Source of the DNA: Octopus sinensis
Lineage: Eukaryota
Assembly (NCBI RefSeq): GCF_006345805.1
Contig: NW_021826096.1
Location: 1 to 13,623 of the forward strand
Length of the DNA: 13,623 nucleotides
Direction of reading: 5' to 3'
Shown here: piece after piece, positions 1-9,198 of the stretch
Numbering within the stretch: the first letter of the stretch is position 1
Layout of the letters: every line of letters begins with the position of its first letter
The notes under the pieces: generated by a model
Seen by the model: only the letters and a program-made list of their open reading frames with translations
Database searches by the model: none
What the model was told of the DNA's origin: nothing
Program-made: the position numbers and the translations under genes

Positions 1-180
1 TAGCTTTCAGTTAAGTTCCAATCAATGACTAACCACAATGATGAATATCTATCGTCTGTGACTACAGTTAGTTGTTAGTCTGTGAATTCTTCCGATGGGT
101 AATTCCATGTTCTCTTCGCTGGACAGTAAAGACAAAAAAAAAAGATAGCTATTCTATCTATTGGGGAAAAAATTAGTATT

Positions 181-575
181 ACTCTCTTTCCTCTTTACTC
201 TTTTACTTGTTTCAGTCAGTTGACTGCGGCCATGCTGGAGCACCGCCTTTAGTCGAGCAACTCGACCCCGGGACTTATTCTTTGTAAGCCCAGTACTTAT
301 TCTACCGCTAAGTAACGGGGACATAAACACACTAGCATCGGTTGTCAAGCAATGCTAGGGGGACAAACACAGACACACAAACACACACACGCATATATAT
401 ATATATACATATATACGACGGGCTTCTTTCAGTTTCCGTCTACCAAATCCACTCACAAGGCTTTGGTCAGCCCGAGGCTATAGTAGAAGACACTCGCCCA
501 AGGTGCCACGCAGTGGGACTGAACCCGGAACCATGTGGTTGGTAAACAAGCTACTTACCACACAGCCACTCCTGC
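181..575 (-). mobile_element. tRNA-derived SINE, family A (CORE-like motif), full length
   Basis: The reverse complement begins gcaggagtggctgtgtggtaag (A box) and gggttcagtcc (B box), then ccttgggcgagtg (CORE-like), an internal TA/GT microsatellite and an (AAGAGT)n tail. It is near-identical to the copies at 7350, 8411 and 9199. Confidence 0.92.
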
Positions 576-810
576 TAAGCTTTATCGGGTAGAGGAAAAT
601 AGATGCGACTCTAGCGTGGAGGAATTTTACCAAATATTTTCATCAAAACACACATTAATAAAAAAAAAGACACGAACAAGCCCTGAGATGTCTACACAAG
701 CACGATCGGGCCTTTAAGAGATATAAAGATAATTCTAGATAGCCAAAGCCGTAGCAAATATTGCGCTTGATATAACAAATAGAACTACGTAACCTAAGAA
801 TAAAACTATT

Positions 811-1204
811 GGATCTTTTCGGTTTGACCGGCAGTTTTAAAAATAATTTCCACGTAACTAAACACTTTTAAACTTCGTATACTGGTAGAATGTGTTTATA
901 AAACATTTTTTTTCTCTTGGCTTTATTGAGAAAATTCTATAGTTTGTAAGATATTTGTTGTTTTTTTCCCTTCAATTTCTGCAATTTCAACTAATCAATG
1001 ACGTCTATTGAGGTAAAAAAAACCCATTCTGTGCCGTATGAATATGTCCCTCGTTTAAGAAACCGATTGGGTTTATTTACATTTGTGAAGAAAAAAGATA
1101 CCCTTCCCCCCACCCATAACCCTAAAACAGATTGAAATGCAATAGATCGATACTAGGGTCATAATTATGGGTGACAATTTCATATGACACCGCTAGAAAA
1201 AAAC
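811..1204. mobile_element. Probable non-autonomous DNA transposon (MITE-like), right end truncated
   Basis: A discrete block starts ggatcttttcggtttgaccggcagtttt and ends gctagaaaaaaac, which could be only the inner stub of a matching TIR. It contains a telomere-like ataaccctaa. It resembles an octopus repeat from memory; the second TIR and a TSD are not visible. Confidence 0.4.
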
Positions 1205-1747
1205 TTAATAACCATCATTAATAAAAAAGAAACAAATACCCTATGCACAACACAAATAATGAGAAGCTCACCCCCCCCCAAAATGAATATAAACAAACAA
1301 GAATTCTTCAATACAAACACTACACTCTAAATAAAAAGTAACACACACAACCATTAACACGAACAAAGAGCCTTACAAAAGCAACAGTATCGATGACTAC
1401 CTATTTTAGGACGAAGTTCTAACTTTGGACAGTGACTGGGGTGAAGTTGAGGTCAACAGCGTATACCTAGACATAACAACAACACCCCCAGCTCTACAGA
1501 ATACTAACAAAAAAATTTACTTTAATCAGATCACTTCGAGGATGACCAAATGGACGGATCCCGATGAAGGTACACCGACAATATTGCAAGATTGCATTTG
1601 CGATAGTGAGTAGTCGCTGCAGCGGAAACACGTGTAGGTCATTATAATATGGTGTATATAAATATAAAATAAGTTTTGTGGATGTACAAGTCTCCAAACT
1701 CTTTATGATATATATATACCGTGAAATATATATGATATATATATAAC

Positions 1748-1949
1748 TGTGAAACAAGGTGGGAAAAAGAGTACTCAAATACCAGAGGTAGAGTAATATG
1801 CTTTATTTAAAAGCAGCAGAAATTTAACAAAAGCTGTTATTCGGAGTTTCACGTTCCCGTTTTTTTCACAAGGCTGTCCGTCGAACGGGAACGTGAAACT
1901 CCGAGTAACAGCTTTTGTTAAATTTCTGCTGCTTTTAAATAAAGTATAT
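1748..1949. mobile_element. Penelope-like element (PLE) pseudo-LTR remnant in inverted arrangement
   Basis: Arms 1801-1861 and 1884-1944 are inverted (61 bp, 1 mismatch). A hammerhead-like core is followed by AATAAA (1938-1943). Inverted terminal copies and minimal hammerheads are established PLE hallmarks. Confidence 0.6.
1868..1918 (+). ncRNA. Minimal type I hammerhead ribozyme fold, probably inactivated
   Basis: Stem I: acaaggctgt 1868-1877 with acagcttttgt 1908-1918. Core: CCGUCGA 1878-1884 (consensus CUGANGA). Stem II: acg-ggaa-cgt 1885-1894. GAAA 1895-1898. Stem III: ctc-c-gag 1899-1905. The GUA cleavage triplet ends at 1907. Confidence 0.6.
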
Positions 1950-1960
1950 ATATTATAATA

Positions 1961-2016
<56 letters not shown>
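1945..2016. repeat. Compound (TA)n(GT)n microsatellite
   Basis: Imperfect TA run 1945-2000, then GT run 2001-2016. Confidence 0.95.
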
Positions 2017-2117
2017 AAAAGTAAAAAATATACAAACTGGGACAAGAACGTGAAACAGCCAGAAGACACACAAAAAACACGGACGGGACATTCGAACCCC
2101 CCAATCCCCAGTCAAGA

Positions 2118-2121
<4 letters not shown>

Positions 2122-2154
<33 letters not shown>
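2122..2154. repeat. (TA)n microsatellite
   Basis: Direct reading. Confidence 0.95.
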
Positions 2155-2157
<3 letters not shown>

Positions 2158-2474
2158 GCTCGTGGCTATGAAGGCGCGTGGCTTAGTGGTTAGGGGCATT
2201 CGGCTCATGATCGTAAGGTCGCGCTGTGTTGCTGAGCAAGACACTTTATTTCACGTTGCTCCAGTCCACTCAGCTGGCAAAAATGAGTAGTACTTGTGTT
2301 TAAAAGTGCCAGCCTTGTCACACTCTATGTCACGCAGAATCTCCTCGAGAACTACGAGTTAAGGGTACACGTGTTTGTGGAGTGCTCAGCCACTTGCACG
2401 TTAATTTCACGAGCAAGCTGTTCCGTTGATCGTATCAGCTGGGACCCTCGTTCGCTGCAACCGATGGAGTGCTC

Positions 2475-2475
<1 letters not shown>
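2155..2475 (+). mobile_element. tRNA-derived SINE, family B' (CORE-like middle, family-B tail), B box deleted
   Basis: A box tggcttagtggttagg, then a CORE-like gctgagcaagacact...cagctggcaaaaatgagt. The 3' half (cttgtcac...gaactacg...gtgctcagccactt...ttaatttcacgagc...gagtgct) matches the 3' half of the element at 5517-5905. Confidence 0.85.
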
Positions 2476-2761
<286 letters not shown>

Positions 2762-2849
2762 CTTTACATCTATACACATACACATGCATACAAAACATTT
2801 TAGCGACAGTTAAAAAAAAATATAATCCGTTGAAAAAAAAATGATAAAC

Positions 2850-3325
2850 TTTTCCAGAAAATCCTTTTTCAAGCAAGTAATTGGAAGTTTATCTCTCTTT
2901 AAATCTCAAAATACTTCTTTCAAAAGCCAAAACGTCTCTGGATTCGCTGCAGAAGCAATATGAAAAGCAATCTTCAGTTGTATATCGAACGTTTCCAATA
3001 GGTAAACAAATAGAATAATAAAATCTAAGACCACTGCTTTAATTAGGAACGCTCCTCCCATAAAGAAGCGTGTCTCTTCAAAATTGCATTGTCTACTGAA
3101 GCGAAATGGAAGATGATATAACTATTAGCAGTAGCAAAACAACCGTTTAAAACGCGAATCAAACGGTGCCGATGCAACATTCTTTCTGACATCGTCCCAC
3201 CGAACACAATACACAAGAAGAAAGGAAATGAGAGAGAAATAGTATACGCATATTATGGCCTATCCTAGAACAGACTAATCCATTTAAAACCAGAGCGAAG
3301 CGCGTAATCTTTGCGCTACGCACAC

Positions 3326-3361
<36 letters not shown>

Positions 3362-4085
3362 TACACAAACACATACACACACGCACACACACGCACACAC
3401 TCACACACACACACTCTCACACATACACACACACACACTCACACACACACTCACACACACACTCACACACACACTCACACACACACTCACACTCACGCAC
3501 ACACTCACATACACACACTCATACACACAAAAAACACTCACACACACACACACTCACACACTCACACAGACACAAACACTCACACACACTCACACACATA
3601 CACACACACACATACACACACACATGCACACACACACTCACACACAATCACACACACACACATACTCGCACACACACTCACGCACACACACAAACACACA
3701 CGCGGGGCCAGTAGCTTGTCAAACCCCACACTGAAATAAATGAAAAGCCTGAGATCGCGTCCGTCTATCGCCATAGCATCAAATTTTTACTGAAATATAT
3801 ATCTAAAAAGAATGCACTGTGATAAAAATACGAAGAAATACACACACTTAGTAAGAATGTTATTCACTTTATGACCTGCTACTATGGTTTTCACACATTC
3901 TACAGATGATTATAGATCGCCCTTCCTCCCGCGGAAAGTAAGCAAGTTGTGTGAAATATGGATGATTAAACATCAAGTGTTACACGTAAAAATATTTGTA
4001 GATTTTCCATACATCCACCACAAATATCTATTGGACTCGCAGTTTTGTACTGGTACCTAGACAACCAGTATAAACAGATGTCTTC
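2850..4085 (-). pseudogene. Possible decayed intronless class A GPCR, interrupted by a CA/GT microsatellite
   Basis: Minus-strand frames give, in 7TM order: KCVYFFVFLSQC and AMAIDG (~3850-3760, TM3-like), YAYTISLSFPFFLCIVF (from 3252, TM5-like), FFMGGAFLIKAVVLDFIILF (TM6-like) and IAFHIASAANPETFWLL (NP at 2944-2939, TM7-like). Several stops and frameshifts are present. Confidence 0.35.
3320..3702. repeat. Degenerate (CA)n tract with CACACACT subunits
   Basis: Direct reading, ~380 bp. Confidence 0.97.
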
Positions 4086-4103
4086 ATACATTCATATATA
4101 GAT

Positions 4104-4305
4104 ATTAATTTTGGCACTAGGCCAGCAAGTTTGTGAGAGGGGGCAAGTCGATTACATGGACCCTAGTACTCAAATGATACTTATTTTATCGACCCTGAAA
4201 CGATGGAAGGCAAAGTCAACCTCGGCTGAATTTGACCTCAGACAGACGAAATGGCGGTAAGCATTTTGCCTGGCGTGCTAGCGATTCTGCCAGCTCGCCG
4301 CCTTA
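4104..4305 (-). mobile_element. tRNA-derived SINE, family C, older diverged copy
   Basis: Head rc ggcggcgagctggcagaatcgctagcacgcc and central aaggcaaagtcaacctcgg/ttatcgaccc motifs, with internal deletions relative to the younger copies. Confidence 0.8.
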
Positions 4306-4334
4306 ACATGCATATATCAACATCATATATATAT

Positions 4335-4563
4335 ATTTCTTTATTGCCCACCAAGGGGTTAAACATAGAGGGGACAAACAAGGACAGACAAACGGATTAA
4401 GTCGATTACATCGACCCCAGTGTGTAACTGGTACTTTATTTATCGACCCCGAAAGGATGAAAGGCAAAGTCGACCTCGGCGGAATTTGGACTCACAACGT
4501 AACGACAGACGAAATACGGCTACGCATTTCGCCCGGTCTGCTAACGTTTCTGCCAGCTCGCCG
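4335..4563 (-). mobile_element. tRNA-derived SINE, family C, young full-length copy
   Basis: Near-identical to 12697-12927 and to the reverse complement of 11987-12215; contains tatcgaccccgaaaggatgaaaggcaaagtcgacctcggcggaattt. Confidence 0.92.
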
Positions 4564-5516
4564 ATCATATATATATATATATATATACGTGCATACATAC
4601 TTCATACATAATACGCAGGTACATACTTAATGAGTATAGATTAAAGCACTTCACAGCTAAATAGCTTCGACAATAAGCGTCTTCCTTTACACGGAAAGTG
4701 TTTGTCATCGATAGGAATTATTATCCCAACTCTTGTGATGCAAGCCTATTTTCTGAAGATATCGAAAACCATCCAAAATCTGCCGGAGAAGAGAACTACA
4801 AAAATATAAACAAAACTCCTCCGTCACCATCGCTATTCACTCGTATATCTTCGCATAAAAACCAATCCAGCAGTTTGAATATAATTTTTTCCAATTTCCT
4901 TAAGCTATCTCAATATAACAAGTTATTTTTGACAGGAGCAGAAGAAAATAACCCAAACATTCTTCTGTTGAAAGTTATTGACGATATCGGTGGCGATCCT
5001 ATAAAAATAAGTGATTACAACGTATTTGACTATCAAGACATTCCGAAAGGACACTTCGATACCTGCAGTGCATGTGGTAAGGAAATAACGGGAGCAACAA
5101 TGGTGGATAGCAATATAAAAACGAAACATCAGCACTCTGCGTAGCATAATTGAACATTTCGTAAGGTGTTAAGTTCATAGCACACAAAATATATCTAATA
5201 GGAAAATGGGACAAAATTATACGGAGATAAGGGGGGAATTCATAATTTCAAAGCATGAACCGGAGACGCTGACTGAAAAACAAAAATCATTATCGGAAGA
5301 CTATTACCACAACAGGCTAGGATTAACCATATTCCTAGTTTTAATCAAAAAGTGGTACGTCGGAAGACGAAGGGAAATAATATCCTCATAGAAAGAACCT
5401 CTTTTCAGGAAGGTCTTAAATCATTTTTGCCTAAAATCTGTAATGAAAAAAATCTCAGTAAGAATGTATCATGTTTGAATACAATTAAGGAAGAATACAA
5501 TGTTAACATTACTAGT

Positions 5517-5905
5517 TTTTTTGAAGCACTCCGTCGGTTACGATGACGAGGGTTCCGGTTGATCCGAATCAACGGAAAAGCCTGCTCGTGAAATTAACGT
5601 GTAAGTGGCTGAGCACTCCACAGACACGTGCACCCTTAACGTAGTTCTCGGGGATATTCAGCGTGACACAGAGAGTGACAAGGCCGGCCCTTTGAAGTAC
5701 AGGTACAACAGAAACAGGAAGTGAGAGTGAGAGAAAGTTGTGGTGAAAGAGTACAGCAGGGATCACCACCATCCCCTGCCGGAGCCTCGTGGACCTTTAG
5801 GTGTTTTCGCCCAATAAACACTCACAACGCCCGGTCTGGGAATCGAAACCGCGATCCTATGACCGCGAGTCCGCTGCCCTAACCACTGGGCCATTGCGCC
5901 TCCAC
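5517..5905 (-). mobile_element. tRNA(Arg)-like SINE, family B, full length with 12-bp TSD
   Basis: Head rc gtggaggcgcaatggcccagtggttagg...ggtttcgattccc with a TCG anticodon-like loop and a short A tail. Perfect TSD aacattactagt at 5505-5516 and 5906-5917. Confidence 0.95.
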
Positions 5906-6134
5906 AACATTACTAGTAAAACTTACACAGTTAACTTTGAAACTTTCGCCAAAGCTGCAGGAAATTTGGACAATAAGAAAACGCCAGGAAGACCCAATAG
6001 TCCGATACTGGTACAAGATGTTGAAGTTCTGCAGAAGGCCACTAACATATATATTTAAAAGAACTATAGAAGCCCAGAGTAATATATTAAATTGGCTTGC
6101 CGGAGCACGGAGCCATCCAAGCAGGATGGGAATT

Positions 6135-6182
6135 TTGACTTGGTAGAAAACAATAGACTTGACTTGGTAGAAAACAATGGAC
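6135..6182 (+). repeat. 24-bp tandem duplication inside the LINE RT
   Basis: ttgacttggtagaaaacaatagac followed by ttgacttggtagaaaacaatggac (1 mismatch). Confidence 0.9.
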
Positions 6183-6222
6183 CTATTGCTCGCCTAAACT
6201 CTTTAACTATTTAACTACTTTC

Positions 6223-6333
6223 ATCTCGAGAGCTGTGGCATGCTGGGGCACTGCTGTTAAAATAGCCATATTCAAGCGGGAAATCGAACCCCGCCCACTG
6301 CGGTAGCAGCGCAAAACCTAACCACTGGACCAC
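6223..6333 (-). mobile_element. Short decayed tRNA(Glu)-like SINE or tRNA retropseudogene
   Basis: rc gtggtccagtggttaggttttgcgctgctaccgcagtgggcggggttcgatttcccg resembles a eukaryotic tRNA-Glu body. It is followed by cagtgccccagcatgccacag, similar to the family-A tail gtgctccagcatggccgcag. Confidence 0.6.
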
Positions 6334-7349
6334 TTGTTACAAATGCTGTCTCATCCAGTTCTTCCAAGACCATCAAGAGTCATACAAGAAAATGACTGAT
6401 GTGCAGGCAGGAGAAATGCAGGGTTGGTGAAGATGTGTCGATGGACTTTTGATAAATTTGTTATGTCGGACATCAGATAAAACACAACATAAGTATTGTA
6501 TCAATAAAGCTTGATTGCAGAAAGGCGTTCGATACTATTCCTCACTTATGTCTGATAAGGTCACTGCAGCTGGGAAAAAGTACCTATTGTTCTAGTTACT
6601 GACATTGGAAACCTTAGAAAAACTTGTCAACAATCCTTCGTCTTGTAACTGGAAGTAGAACATCTGTCTCTGATGTTATCAAGGAGAATATTCCAAGGAT
6701 TATCTGTTTATATTTTATCATTTCTTTTGCAAACAGTGGTTATATGTTACAGTTTACAAGTCAGAGAGAACTATGTAACCTATAAGTATTTTCATTTCTT
6801 AGTATTGTACACATAAAAGACTGAACTAAAAGTATTTTCAAAGTCGAGAGTCAACTAGTTTTAGTAACATTTTCAGACGAAACAGGGATGCAATTTGGCA
6901 AAAAAAATCTTCATATTTGGTTGTCGAATAGAGGAAAAACTTTTCCAAGTCCCAATCCTTTACGCCAATGGTCTCTCTATGTTCTCTATTTCACATAACG
7001 AATGCAATAAATAACTAGCCATTGACGGAAATGTATAATTTAAGACGTGTTGTCAATAATGATTGAGTTACCCAACGATATTATAACCAGACTAAAAGAA
7101 AAAAAATATGACTTTCCGCTTGAAACAACAACAATACATTTATAGTACCAGTTCTGGTACCAAAATACGAGGTACTTGAGTGGACTATAGAGGAAATTGT
7201 GATGTTGACAGGCCTTAACTGAGAAGAAATGGCGGAAGACGTTTGAGATCAGAGTTGCATGGTATCACCCACCCAGAGATTTTAAGCAAAAGATGCAGTA
7301 ACCACACTAACCAAATGCTCAAAGTGAAGAGAATTCACAGCCACTCGTA

Positions 7350-7521
7350 GGCGTAGGAGTGGCTGTGTGGTAATTAGCTTGCTTACGAACCACATGGTTC
7401 CAGGTTCAGTCCCACTGCGTTGGCACCTTGGGCAAGTGTCTTCTACTATAGCCTCGGGCCGACCAAAGCCTTGTGAGTGGATTTGGTAGACGGAAACTGA
7501 AAGAAGCCCGTCGTATATTTG

Positions 7522-7554
<33 letters not shown>

Positions 7555-7776
7555 ATGTTTGTGTGTTGTGTTTGTCCCCACCCCAACATCGCTTGACAAC
7601 CGATGCTGGTGTGTTTACGTCCCCGTAACTTAGCGGTTCGGCAAAAGAGACCGATAGAGTAAGTACTAGGCTTACAAAGAATAAGTCCCGGAGTCGATGT
7701 CCTCGACTAAAGGCGGTGCTCCAGGATGGCCACAGTCAAAATGACTGAAAACAAGTAAATGAGTAAACGAGTAAAA
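7350..7776 (+). mobile_element. SINE family A, full length (variant subfamily)
   Basis: Same structure as the other A copies, with a diagnostic ccccaccccaacatcgcttg instead of ccctagcattgcttg. Imperfect candidate TSD tga(a)gagaat at 7325-7334 and 7777-7785. Confidence 0.92.
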
Positions 7777-8410
7777 TGAGAGAATAACAAGTTAAGAGTC
7801 GGCTGTGAAAATCTTCAAGAAGTACTCAATTCCTGAGATTCTCATGCAAGCATAGATTTGATGGAGCAGCATACCTCAACATAGAAACGGAAGAGAAAAC
7901 TCTGCATATCATAAAATGTATAAGCATGGGTATGTTTTCGTACATTTGAGGGTGAATTTAGCATTAACAGAAAGTGTAGCTTATTTTTGACTTGTGACCA
8001 TGACATCACACCACATTTCGAAGGTTATGGTTTTTTAATACACCATATTACGGAAATATCTAATGAATAAAAGAGACAGCGAAACCCATAAAACCTCAAA
8101 AATGAGACCGAAATTATCGATTATGTCACATCCCTGTGAATTATATTGCACGCGTGATGTGCAACCCCAAAATGTTGTTAATCTCCCAATATGACATGAT
8201 CTTATTGTTAAAACAAAAGTGAAATTGCATCGACAGGAAATACTGCTTTGGAATAAATATAGAGAATATCTCTGTTGCTGACTATATACATATCAGCACA
8301 AAAAAACATCGGTAGAATATTCCCATCAAAAAATTTTGCCATGTGCAAATATAACAAACTTGAAGTTGTTTAGAAAAAGAAAAAAAAAGAAAGAAAAAAA
8401 GAACAGGTAA

Positions 8411-8826
8411 GGCGCAGGAGTGGCTGTGTGGTAAGTAGCTTGCTAACCAACCACATAGTTCCGGGTTCAGTCCCACTGCGTGGCATCTTGGGCAAATGTC
8501 TTCTGCTATAGCCCCGGGCCGACCAATGCCTTGTGAGTGGATTTGGTAGACGGAAACTGAAAGAAGCCTGTCGTATATATGTATATATATGTATATGTAT
8601 GTGTGTGTTTGTGTGTCTGTGTTTGTCGCCCTAGCATTGCTTGACAACCGATGCTGGTGTGTTTACGTCCCAATCACTTAGCGGTTCGGCAAAAGAGACC
8701 GACAGAATAAGTACTGGGCTTACAAAGAATAAGTCTCGGGGTCGATTTGCTCGACTAAAGGCGGTGCTCCAGCATGGCCGCAGTCAAATGACTGAAACAA
8801 TGAAAAGAGTAAAAGAGTAAAGAGAG
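8411..8826 (+). mobile_element. SINE family A, full length
   Basis: Head ggcgcaggagtggctgtgtgg and (AAGAGT)n tail; candidate 6-bp TSD aggtaa at 8405-8410 and 8827-8832. Confidence 0.93.
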
Positions 8827-9132
8827 AGGTAAAGAGATCAGCTAATCTGTAGCGTGAAGATTTCTTTGAAAATCAGTGAGAAAGAAAATATTTACTGACA
8901 ACTACTTCAAAACCTACAACTTCTCTATCCAAGTTATAAATTCCTATTCATACTTATAAGTATTGGTGCAGTTAGAGAATGTTTGTCATGGGTATGGCTT
9001 TAAACTGCATCCAGTAGTGGAATCCCTGGTTCGGGAGTTCCAGAGTTTTGAGGAGAGTGAAACCATCTTCTATCCACCAATGTTCCCTGATCTACTCTGA
9101 CCCAGAGTAGCAGCCCCTGTCGAGTCCTAGCT

Positions 9133-9198
9133 ATATATTTATATTATATTATATTATATTATATTATTTATATATATTATATTATATTATATTATATA
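9133..9198. repeat. (ATATT)n microsatellite
   Basis: Direct reading. Confidence 0.9.

Larger units (their letters stand above)
4698..8975 (+). mobile_element. Decayed R4/Dong-like non-LTR retrotransposon (RT plus restriction-like endonuclease), interrupted by four SINEs
   Basis: Motifs in correct order across frameshifts: NKKTPG 5972-5989; YWYKMLK...NWLAGAR; QAGEMQGW*RCVDGLLIN; LDCRKAFDTIPH 6510-6545; RRIFQG 6682-6699; FSDETGMQFG 6870-6899; NTFIVPVLVPKYEVLEWTIEEI 7133-7198; TPHFEGY 8008-8028; LPI*HD 8183-8200; CKYNK; EIS 8834-8842; KISEKENIY*QLLQNLQLLYPSYKFLFILISIGA to 8970. The YxDD region is too eroded to read, and the exact 5' boundary is uncertain. Confidence 0.8.

Noticed and set aside
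91-125. LPMGNS as a Penelope RT motif
   Set aside because: Six residues only, with no upstream or downstream RT motifs at the right spacing.
1425-1613. 62-aa ORF with DD and YLDI as RT motifs
   Set aside because: The spacing between the motifs is too short for an RT, and there is no supporting context.
3159-3774. His/Thr-rich and Cys/Val-rich ORFs
   Set aside because: Translations of the (CA)n tract; only the non-repeat edges were used for the GPCR hypothesis.
4698-5144. 148-aa ORF with CSAC as a stand-alone zinc-binding host gene
   Set aside because: It has a GTG start and is collinear with downstream LINE fragments; the CxxC probably comes from a shifted frame.
5830-5905. SINE heads as functional tRNA genes
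   Set aside because: They lack a proper acceptor stem and continue into repeat bodies present in several copies.
8977-9130. GC-richer block truncating the LINE; similar unassigned blocks at 2021-2121 and 11660-11750
   Set aside because: They look like interspersed-repeat fragments, but there is no second copy or diagnostic terminus in the window, so no class can be supported.
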